Shown one piece after another: positions 37,899 to 48,920 of a DNA stretch of 64,000 nucleotides. The stretch is from Pecten maximus (lineage: Eukaryota). The translations under genes were made by a program, and so were the position numbers. A model generated the notes under the pieces. The model ran no database searches. It saw only the letters and a program-made list of their open reading frames with translations, and was not told where the DNA came from. The stretch spans positions 45,074,001 to 45,138,000 of the forward strand of contig NC_047018.1 of the NCBI RefSeq assembly GCF_902652985.1. Reading direction: 5' to 3'. Each line of letters opens with the position of its first letter. The first letter of the stretch is position 1.

Positions 37899-39827
37899 TG
37901 TCTACGTGTCGTAATAGTATCCGTCGGAAAACCTTACAAGTTTGATAGTGTTACATCTGCTAACCGTTAAATGTTGTTGACTATCGTACGTAACTTCATA
38001 CGGAGCTTTGACCGACCTTGAGGACCAAAGGTAACATTTTATTGTTTGGGTCTTTGAGGATGTGTCAATCATTTTAAACGAAGCTGACTTATCAGACGGC
38101 TTCAAATTCTAAATTTCTAGATAATAAGTATGAAGTGTCATTTTAAAAGGCACGTGAAACGTTCTCGCACAGCGGTTCTGATGGAAATTTGACAGAGTCC
38201 TGTAATCTGTCGAGACGGAATGGAGAAAAAACGTTCCACATTTATAAAACATTTCTGTCGTTTAACCAACGGTGGCTATATACCTCAACACCGGTCAAGT
38301 ATCCCCTAACTTAACTTCACATGTGAACTCAACATTGAATTTCCAACGTCATAAATAGATTCTATTCATATTTGATACTACGCGGATATGACCTAGATTT
38401 GTATAGTGGATGTTGTCAATAAAGTCGAAGACGCTCATCCTCTCGCAGCCTTTGGTCCTTTTCTTTATATTTTGAAGCCTTTATTTTTCCATATTTGTCC
38501 TGAGTTGAAAAGATTTTACTTAGAATTACAAATTTAATTTTCATATCGATATAAAAATGATCATTGATGTGGAAAAAATACTTTTAACAAGTATATTTAA
38601 TGCTGATTTGATTATCTATGTGAACATGCAAAACAGACAGTCTGAACCCGTAAAAATCCTAACCATCAAGGACATTTTATCACGAATCGGAGTGCGTGAC
38701 AACTGCTCCGATTGGACAATTGTACCGGACATTCTGGATACTGGACTTGAGTCCAGTATTATTGTCACACTTTAAATATGGAGACCCGAAAATAAAACCA
38801 AATAGAGAAAATGAAAGAAAATCACATTATTTTTTATTTCCCTGAATTAATTTACCAGAAAATTGTCGATACTTCAGCGAGAAGTCCGGATATCTGAAGG
38901 AAACCGGAAGGACGCCCACTCCGCTATCCGTCAGTTGACCTCAAGCTTAGTTGAGACCTTCCGGTATGACCACGAGATTTCCAAAGCTTGATTTCCGGTT
39001 AATATTGTAGAAGACGAGCTGAAACGTATTGCCGTTTACAGCAGTTAGAGAAAACAATAGAAATAAAAAAAAATCTCTAATTTACCTAACCACGTGATCT
39101 AGAAACCTTTGACATGCATCTTTAGGTTATTAAAATGATGAAGTTTAATTATTTTTTGGCTCCACTGTATCTTACTCTGGCCTGGTATTTAGATATGATA
39201 AAAATGAGTTTATTTTGTGCAATACTTTATATATTCTAATAACATTTTATTATCTGTGTGAGTCATTGTGAGTGTGAAGGTATCTTATATAGGGATTTTC
39301 TCCAGTGAAATAAATACATCCTTGCATTTACGCTGCCAACATACGGGCACAGTACCGAAAAGTCTGTTGAAAACAAATCCATGGCACTGACACTTAATAT
39401 ACCGGACACTTATCGTACTGTTCAGCCTGGACTTATCCAAATAAATTCCTGTTTTTGCTCATATTTTGCCCTGGTCTTATCAGTTTTGAACAAGAACTGC
39501 GGTAACGTTTGAATGTCGGTATTCTGGTGGTTTTTTTTTAATTCATTTATTGTCTGTGATTATCCAATTACATGCAATTCTCAATTCGTTTTTGGAATCT
39601 TTAAATGGTGAAACAATGTCTGAAAATATGATGACATGGTCCCCTCGCATAGAATACAGTAAAACAAAAGTCATTGTTCCAAAGAAAAATAATAAATCTG
39701 ACTTAAAACCGAAAAAATCGAAGGCAAAATACTGACAAAATATAGGTTTGCCCAGACACCTTCGAAAAAGTATGAGGACATTAAGACCAGGTGTTCCAGA
39801 AAATTAAGCGTCTTCTGCTTCATCAAC

Positions 39828-40030
39828 CAAACCCGCCATACAAATATATGCCACGGCGACACCCGCCATACAAATCTATGCCACGGCGACAACCGCCATA
39901 CAGATCTAGGTCACGACGACACCCGCCATACAAATCTATGCCACGGCGACACCCGCCGTACAGATCTAGGTCATGGCGACACCCACCATACAGATCTAGG
40001 TCAAATCGAGGACACCCGCCATACAAATCC
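39828..40030 (+). repeat. 30-bp minisatellite, ~7 copies, two interleaved variants
   Basis: CCCGCCATACAAATCTATGCCACGGCGACA and CCCGCCATACAGATCTAGGTCACGACGACA. Confidence 0.95.
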
Positions 40031-40033
40031 ACT

Positions 40034-40412
40034 GGCGCGAAACTACGCCATAATGGTACTGTAACGTGAGAACATCAACATGTCCGAAGCATCGCTCGCT
40101 TCTAGATAAGTCTACTTTAATATCCATCCCTTTTCTGCCACTTACCGTTTATCTATATGGCCCAAAGAACAGCTGATGTTTCCCAGATGCTTTGACTCTT
40201 TGGACCTCACAATTCCGATTCAATAAGCACTTCCTTGGAATGTTTGAAAAAATGGCATTTTCTGTTAGAAATCCAACGGCAAAGAATCTGGTATAGATAA
40301 ACCGGAAGTGGCGTAATATGGATATATATTAAGACAGACTGATCTAGAAGCGAGCGATGCTTCGGCCATGTTGATGTTCACTTAGTATCCCTTGTGACGT
40401 AGTTTCCGGGCC
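40034..40412. mobile_element. Long foldback element
   Basis: 41/43 IR GAACATCAACATGKCCGAAGCATCGCTCGCTTCTAGATMAGTC; looser symmetry outward (GAAACTACG / CGTAGTTTC) and inward (GCCACTT..GTTTATCTATA / TATAGATAAAC..AAGTGGC). Confidence 0.88.
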
Positions 40413-42428
40413 TTGAAGTTTAAGTCAACTTCATATTAGTTATTACTTCATATCGCACAAGGAGATTTGAATAAACTGTAAATGGAAAGGTAAAAGACCG
40501 GTTTAGTTTAGCTAAGACATGTTTTATTGCCAATATACAGCAAAAGGATTTGGCACAAGTTACATGAACATTATAGACGGCCGTTCCTAATGATATAATT
40601 AAACGTAGGTATACATCATAAGATGGCTATATAGTAATGATTATGTACAATACGATTATTATTGCATAAGCAACAGGGTAAGTTTTGCTATCGTATCGTA
40701 AAAACATGTTTTATTCGTCATTATAGCAAATTGTTAATCAAATTAATAGAATTTAAACTTATGATTCAATTTGCGTCATAAATATCAAATCTTTTCTGAA
40801 TTTTCTGGTGTTTAAAAACTGGAATGAGCATATTCTATAACAAGCATCTGGTTTTCCAAGTGCTTAGACCACGGATTTCAGGATTTCACGCATGCGCGAA
40901 GACGATTCCAGGGATAGAGAAAAGGACTTTGAAATCAATTTGGTGAGAATCTCGGAGTGTCTTACTAATTGTATACTGTGTGTATACAAGCTATAATCTG
41001 TTTCGGCTGATTAGGGAAGACGTGTTCATCAAAGAGAAGGCGGAACGAATCAATACGCTAATTCCAACTCAAATCACCACCGTACATGTCCGAAGTCACA
41101 CTAATACAAACTATTAAAGAGAAAAAGGAATCCGAAACAAAAACACATCGAACGGAGAAAAAATCCTCGATAAAACATCGCTAATGAATATTCATTATAT
41201 CCGGGCTACATCCGCTCGAGCTTGTATGTTACTATAGCATTCCTTTAAGAATTAGGATCGTTTGAACTTGGAAATGTCTTTGAAGATATATTTTTGTTAT
41301 ATAGAAATGATAGAGCTTACGATAGGAACCAATCATATTGAGTTCAACTGGAGGCTTCTGCGTTTTCAATTAAACAATGGTTCATGAATACAAACACAAA
41401 AATAAACAATGGTTCATGAATACAAGACAAACACAATAGATTGTATATCCGTATATAATCCTACTATTACAACGCTACTTTGTAAGATACTCTATAAATT
41501 TGCATATATGAATATTTAATTCAGGAGTGTATGATAATCTGCCATAATTCATTTACATATAAAAGAATGGTTTGTTGAAATGTTGAAATTTCGGAAGTCA
41601 ATGTGTTAATGAAGTAGAGTCATTTTCCATAAGAAAACTTTCAATGACCTCTGGCACGTTCGTAAAAATCGTTCCAAAATTGAAAAAAAAATACACATTT
41701 TAGACAATTTGATAAGAGTCTCGTAAAAACGAAAAATTGCCTGGGCTCGTTTCTTATTTCTCCAATAAAATTGATGATTTCAACTTTTCAAGGTCCTTTT
41801 ATCGAATGCTTAGAAAAATTACGATAAACACGTTTCTCTTGTTTTTTCTCGAGACTAAAACTCAACATGTTTTGCGTCGTTACTCGCATGTTTGAGTTAT
41901 TTTCAAATACCATTTTTATGAATATTGCTAAATAGCTTGCGTGTTTTAAATTCCCACGCTTATTTTTTTCCAAGGAGTAACAACTTCTAAATCCAGAGGT
42001 GACGTTCTCGATCAGTCTCCTCAGCAGAGGTCGTATGCACATCTTAACTAGTGGGGTAAATATTGCTTCATATTTTACTTGTATCAAAATATTAATTCTT
42101 TCCCTTAATATTACCGCTATGGCATCATAAGAAATGCTGTCAATGACGGCCATCCCTACTTACCTTTGATAAAATGATGATTACTTCTGATAAATTGTTA
42201 AATGGGTTTGATATATAGCGATATACGAGCCTGTACTGCCAAGATATCCGATAAATATATGTAACCGGATGTTGGGAAAATGTTTACCCCGGTTAATGTT
42301 TGTAAACAAAATCATACACGGAAAAAGCCGAATGGAGTCACGTGATTGCGATAAACGAGTCCGTGAAGCGTTCTACTAATTACCGATCGGTTATAGCACT
42401 GATTTAACACTGATGTATGTACTTACTC

Positions 42429-42643
42429 GTTTGTTTTTGTTTAACGTCCTATTAACAGCCAGGGTAATTTAAGGACATGCCAGGTTTTGGAGGTGGAGGA
42501 AAGCCGGGGTACCCGGAGAAAAACCACCGGCCTACGGTCAGTACCTTGCAACTGCCCCAAGTAGGTTTCGAACTCGCAACCCAGTGGTGGAGGGCTAGTG
42601 TTAAAGTGTCGGGACACCTTTACTACTCGGTCACCGCGGACCC
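42429..42643 (-). mobile_element. Full-length V-type SINE
   Basis: Reverse complement aligns end to end with 13275-13490. Confidence 0.95.
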
Positions 42644-43794
42644 AAATGTATTTGCAAGACAGCACTTTAATTCTCGTAATTAAGAGAAAGTCTTAGGTAG
42701 AATACATGAGTTACATATGGAGCATCCATCGTAATAGGAGAGATTAAAAAAATAGGTTTCAATATTCATATTTGATTTTCTAAATGTATTTCTCATTTAA
42801 AGTATTTTAGACATTTAACTTGCCATATGGTATCAGTATTCATTACCTGATAAAACTAATTTAAGCCCTATCTATGCTTTATTTCTTCATCGTGTTAGAT
42901 TATGAAGCGCCATTTTGTCACAAGTCGTGAGCATCGCGTCATAAAGTGTGTGAGCGTTGTCGTAACATGTTTGTCTCGTGTGTCAGATAGACATCATATA
43001 AACAAACAATAAACACATAAATGACACTCTGTATACGTGAGTGTTGCTCGTAAAGGGTCGATAGCGTTGGTGAGGTGTTGCCGGTCGGTCCAAGTCCATC
43101 AGGAGAGATGGTCGGCAATTAGTATCACTAATATGTGATACTACACGCTATCGATCCGACATTCTTGAGGTATAGGAGCGACCAGAGCTCTGATTCATCA
43201 TCAACTTCATCACCGCTTCACCGAAAATATCGGCAGTCGTGGCTGGTCTCTGATTGAATTAATTACGAGTAATAGATATATGCAAGTATACACTGGTTTG
43301 TACAAGGACAAAGAAAAAAACACAGCGACGGTCATCAAGGTTTTTTTTATAGTAATACATAGCATTGCATGTAAAAGGATTTCTTCACTTATAACCAAAA
43401 TCTAAAATTATCTCTGGGCAGTTGTCATCTTTGATAGAGAAATCGATAAAAATGTAAGCCTCGTGACAATTCGTATCGAATTTAGATCGCGTGAACAAAC
43501 AGGTTTATATTTTATGGTGGACGTTTAAAGAGACTAAAGGCGTCTGAAACACCATTATAACGCTAGCCACAACATCTAAATGGTGAGAAAAAAGCTGAAT
43601 ATTCCTAATTCAATGCGACCGCAATCTCGTTAAAGCATTAGGCAGTGTTATACGGTTGTTTGTCTCGGTCTAGGAGCTACTTGTTGACGGCCTGTAGGCC
43701 TAATAGTCTCTGAAGGATAGATGATATATTGGATTTGATAGCCATACACAAATTATGACGCCACGTTCAAGAACGCGAGGAGGTTTTCGTGATT

Positions 43795-44250
43795 CATTCA
43801 GTACTTCGGACATTTCCGGCAATCTTAACCCAATACTTCGTATATTTCCGGCATCATTTTTTTTCAGTTTCACGGATATTTCCGTCAAGTTTTAACTCGA
43901 TTTTTCAGACATTCACTCAGAACCATCGAAATATCATTTAGTAAGTTACGATAATACTCATTCGGTTCTTAAAACGTTCCTGTACAGTTTCACTCTAGTC
44001 AGTACATGTACTTCGGACATTTCCGGCAATCTTCTCTCATCACTTCGTATATTTCCGGAATCTTTTAACAGTTCTTCAGATATTTCCGTTAATTTTTACT
44101 CGGTTCTTCAGACATTCATTCAGAACCATGGGAACATCTTATTAAGTTACGGCAATACTCATTCGGTCCTGGCCATTTTAACTTTAGTCAGTACTTCATA
44201 TATTTTCGATCATTTTAACTGTACTTTGGGTATTCACGGCAATATTTACT
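43795..44250 (+). repeat. ~207-bp tandem duplication with ~32-bp internal periodicity
   Basis: GTACTTCGGACATTTCCGGCAATCTT at 43801 and 44008, partial third unit at 44191; subunits ACTTCG.AYATTTCCG. Confidence 0.85.
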
Positions 44251-45449
44251 CAATTTTCTATTTCAGTTTCAATTATTTCACGGGTGAAATATTTTTTTTA
44301 AATATTAACAATAATGCATTTTAATATGATATTATTAAATATGGTTTATATTCTTTAACACTTTTGCTGACCCGTATGAAACCAGAACATCCAGAGAAAC
44401 CTATGTTCTCGGTCAGCTGACTCAACGATCAAAGTCGTCGCATGAATTATGGAAAGTGAATGCGATATTCTGACCAGACCAGCAACCAGCCCTTACTAAT
44501 ACCAGATTATCTCCCCCTAGTTTGAATCCTAGAATCAGACATATCCTAGAGACCAAAATCATAAAGCTCAATTTTTTTTAGGATTTTTATATTCTAGAGG
44601 TAAGGGACCCGTCAATATTTTGTTCATTAAACATCTTTTTGAGAATATAAACCGTATGTTTCTTTCGTTATGTTTATACAATGTTTTAATGAGCAATTGT
44701 AAATTTTTCATCGCTTTCTGTTATTTCTGAAATGCCTCTCGAAAAGATGCGCGGAAGTGACATTGAAACAAAATGGCGCAACGCCTCTCCATTGTTGAGA
44801 TTCGTTCACCTTTGGTCATAAATGTGACCGTATCGCTGACAAATAAAACATGACAGGGCCTACAGCCCAATCTAAATAAACCCTTATATCTTACATCCGG
44901 TTGTCTGTCCAGCCGCCCGACCCGTTCTGCCATGTGACAGGCCTGCCTTGCTATCTAATTATCCTTTGTCAGTCGATAACTGCCAATAGACGGACCTGGC
45001 TTTGATCTCCATGTTGTTCTTGACAAATCCTTTGTCATGTCGGATTTCTAAAATCATGTTCATCAAAGCGCTTAACTTCAGGTACAGCTGGTACAGATAG
45101 AAAAGTCTCGCTTTCATTATACTGTCAAGTTTGAGGGACGGGACGTCAGAGTTGGTCAGGTGACCTGGATTTGTCTGTTCGTCTAAACGTTTGTGATAAA
45201 AGGAACCAGTCTTACATATTCATTACCGATCATGACAACTAAGATGCCACTGTCATTCAGCTTTAGGAAGACTAGTTTTTTGGCGGGTTTGCATCAGCTT
45301 AAGTCATACGGATAGAGGGCGTTCAAGTCAGCAACACCTAGCGGTGGGTTTAGGGGAACATAAGCTATAAACCTCATTCATTTTACAATCACGAAACTAG
45401 TTTTCTAAACGTATGCTGGCCCGCGTGGAAACGTGTGAGGGGCTAAGGT

Positions 45450-45570
45450 AGAAAACCGGAGTACCCAAGGAAATCCGGCGCTGTCGCCATACTTTTTTCA
45501 AGTCCGGTCATGAAATCGTACCCCGCTGGTCTGGGTGGACGGCAAGTACTCTTCCGTTGCTCAGCACCCT
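45450..45570 (-). mobile_element. Old V-domain-bearing SINE remnant
   Basis: GAAAACCGGAGTACCCAAGGAAA (reverse V-like) followed by decayed reverse B-box/A-box-like sequence. Confidence 0.4.
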
Positions 45571-46998
45571 GGGAATAATCAAACTAGCGACACACAATGA
45601 TAAAATTACACGCCTTAATTTGGTGAAAATTTTACGTCATTGGCACTGAGGTGGATTCAGAGCGCCTAAGGTGACACCTATTGAGATTAGAAAGGACTCG
45701 ACGTAGTGCCGTAAGTGTCCAGTTTAAAGGACACCAAAATCAGTGGCGCTGTTTTAGCTCTAATGCTGGTGATAAATCCAACAAGTTATTTAATGAAAAA
45801 GACTTTTTCGTGAAGGACAAGCCTAGAAAGATGAGAAGAATAAATATTTAGAAAAGAGAAATATTCGGTATCATAATATGAACAATGAGATACTGTGTTA
45901 TTGAATTACATGTAATTTCCTCTGCGAAAACAAAAACAGATTTTTTTATTTATTAGTTTTTTTTCGGCTGGAAGATGAATCAACGATTGATAGGACAATT
46001 ACATTTACAGCCTTCTCGCCGATTTTCAGATTCTAAAGCGATATGAATGAACATCCGATGGATTCTAAAAACAGCTACAGCGAGGGACATGATCGAGAAA
46101 TAAACTACGCCGACGCCTCTATTCATTCTAGGGGAGTTAAGCTACCCTTCGTTACAACTCTTGAGTGGTGCCATATTTTATTTTTACGATTTTATCAAAT
46201 TTTATTGATATTAAATACAAAGCTAAAGGCGCCAGTGCAACTGTTACGTAATTTTATGTATCGTTTTGAAATTAATCCAATGTTAAATTTTTTTGTGAGG
46301 AGTGGTAGCAGGCAGTTTTAATGTCACCATAAATGCTTAAACATGGAAACCATTTTTGAAATGTTCCAGGACATCGCTGTTTATTATCAGTTAAAAACAG
46401 ATCTCAAGATTTGATTTCTATGACAGTTTTCAAACGGTGTTACTGGAACCAGAGACAAATTTGCTCCAAAACGATACTAGAAAAGACAAAACAGCTTAAA
46501 GTGCAAATTGACATTCTCATGCATACTGGCACAAGTTCAGAACAAACACACAATTAAGTGAACAATACTGTATATACACACACGTTTTGACGTTTTAATG
46601 AAACTATGTAATCTTTAATTCTTATGGACGGTGTAATAAAGACACAAGATATTAGCACCTTTCAAAACAAATTGAACTTAACATGTACATAATTATACGG
46701 GCAAAAATGAACTGAATATCACCATAGAGCTGTTTTGTCCTTCCAGGACTTGTCAGTGATACCAAGAACCTAAAGCGTTGATCATGAGGGGAGGGGTAAA
46801 CAACTATTGTTTAAATCGGTTATTATTTTTGTCATTTCGTTTCTTCATCATGTGTCGCCAAAAGTCACTCAAAAGTCTCAAAAAGGCAGCTTTACATACA
46901 ATATGTGGCGTTTGCCTATATACAATTTTACGTCGTTAGTAAACGTGTAGCACGTGAGGCTGTATGATACAATTTGCACATTCTCACTACATTACATG

Positions 46999-47130
46999 AT
47001 TTGGTTTGTTTGGTTTGTTTTTGTTTAACGTCCTATTAACAGCCAGGGTCATTTAAGGACGTGCCAGGTTTTGGAGGTGGAGGAAAGCCGGAGTACCCGG
47101 AGAAAACCACCGGCCTACGGTCAGTACCTG
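46999..47130 (-). mobile_element. 5'-truncated V-type SINE inserted in the host TIR
   Basis: Near-identical to 42429-42547; no TSD, TG(G) microhomology at the truncation junction. Confidence 0.93.
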
Positions 47131-47166
47131 GACATCTCACGACATCGCATAAGGGGTCAAGTTCTG

Positions 47167-47357
47167 GCCCCGCTTGAACAAAACATCTCAAACTGATATT
47201 TGAGCTCAAATTGAGATTTGAACTCAAACTCGATCTCAAATTTGAGTATTTTCTCAACTTGGCTTTCACAAAGTACTTACCCAGAAAATCTCAAGGATTT
47301 GAGATCGATTTGAGTTTGAGATTTTGCTCAGTTTGAGATGTTTTGTGCAAGCGGGGC
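47167..47357. mobile_element. PIF/Harbinger-like MITE with 3-bp TSD CTG
   Basis: TIR GCCCCGCTTGMACAAAACATCTCAAACTGA (29/30); CTG on both flanks; internal CTCAAA/TTTGAG repeats. Confidence 0.9.
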
Positions 47358-47688
47358 CTGGTGACCTTTGTTATCTCAATATTTCACTTTCAGGTCATGT
47401 CATCGATCTCACCCATTCGTCACATCACGCATCTCATACTAACCATATCGGTACAGCTATATGCTTCGTTGGACGAAATGACTTGAACGGATTGACAGAT
47501 TATGCAAGCTATGTACTCTAGTCATGCTATTTTGCACACACAAAATTCACTTCCAAGATTTTGTAAGAAGTAATTTGATTGGTTGATTTAAAAGGTCATC
47601 CTGACATGACCCCTTATGCAATGCCGTTAAGATGTCCATGCAACGTAGTGAGAATGACCATCTAGAACTTAATTAGATTGCAATTTGC

Positions 47689-47938
47689 AGTGATTCGGTC
47701 AGTGTAGGAATACATATTGAGGTGTACTGGGTAAACAAACATGGCTGCCGGTCAATTGCTGTACTGCATATAGGACGACAAGAACAAATGAAGCATATTA
47801 ACAAATCTTAGATTATGACATTATACATTTATTGTCAAAACCGAAGTTGCCACAAAAGCATTATAAGCGTCATACAAGACATGAAATTACCAAGTTTGTC
47901 ATTGTCGCCTGCTAGCGACACTGATCTGACCGATCACT
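47689..47938. mobile_element. Possible short TIR element
   Basis: AGTGAT(T)CGGTCAG ... CTGACCGATCACT inverted pair; no TSD seen. Confidence 0.4.
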
Positions 47939-48494
47939 CCTAGTGTCTGTTTCAAACGAAAAGTCATTGGAGTCGTTGTCATCTACTGACAGGGCGACTT
48001 TTTTAAGATTATCCAAACGGATCCTCTTCTGAACATAAATACAGTCGATGGAAACAGCTCTCGCTTCTCTTGATGCAATCATTTGAACTGCATCATCAAG
48101 TTTACGTCATAATCCAAAATATGAAAACAGTAAAAAAAAAGATGTAATAATTCAAAAATTTTGTGACAAGATAATTTTTCTGTGAAATAAATAAAAAATG
48201 ATTCATTTGCGTTAAAATATTTTTATGTGTTCGTTGTTACTGATAACACGAAGAATAACCTTATTTTGCCGAAATGCCGACAGCCCTTCGATTGAACTTG
48301 CTGACTCAGTGTTTTGGTAAGCGGCAAATTTAAACCCCCGTTTTTGTTTCATATCAAAAACAATACATAATAATGTTAAAAAACAAAATCAATGCAGTAT
48401 ACCGTCAATGTGAAAACAATGTTTGTGACATATATAAATATTCATGTCGTCCTTACTTAATGTATCTTTATCTGCCATGCTAGTGCCCAGAGTT

Positions 48495-48633
48495 GGGGCC
48501 GCGGTGACCGAGTGGTTAAGGTGTCCCGACACTTTATCACTAGCCCTCCACCTCTGGGTTGTGAGTTCAAAACCTACGTGGGGCAGTTGCCAGGTACTGA
48601 CTGTATTTCGGTGGTTTTTCTCCGGTACTCCGG
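48495..48633 (+). mobile_element. 3'-truncated V-type SINE
   Basis: GGGGCCGCGGTGACCGAGTGGTTAAGGTGTCCCGACAC... matches 13275-13412 and stops inside the V-like domain. Confidence 0.93.
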
Positions 48634-48739
48634 TGTTGTACTCTAAATAAACCGTTTATGATGAGAGTATACCCCGGATTTTTGTGGTAAAGCTCTATAA
48701 CATAAAAAATACATTGAAGTTAATACATATAAGTTAATC

Positions 48740-48920
48740 TACTATACTTAATCCATATGAAAATCAACTTTTATTGAACTATTTTCTCTAAGAAATTACT
48801 ACGCGTTTTTATCAGCCAATAAAAAACGACGTTACAAACGGCAACGTCATTTTTTACGTTTTGGACTGATACCATATTTTTGAGCCAATGAAAATTCTTG
48901 TTACAAACAATATTAAATTA
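48740..48920 (+). repeat. Unclassified dispersed repeat (related end at 56478-56516)
   Basis: AGCCAAT..AAA....GTTACAAA motif twice here and once at 56482. Confidence 0.45.

Larger units (their letters stand above)
46979..47656. mobile_element. Host TIR element (~66-bp TIRs) whose left TIR is split by two insertions
   Basis: Right end reverse complement CATTCTCACTACGTTGCATGGACATCTTAACGGCATTGCATAAGGGGTCATGTCAGGATGACCTTT matches 46979-46998 + 47131-47166 + 47361-47369 once the inserts are removed. Confidence 0.85.

Noticed and set aside
41788-42153. 121-aa minus-strand ORF in non-repetitive DNA
   Set aside because: No recognisable domain or supporting gene structure; length is within chance expectation for six frames of 64 kb.
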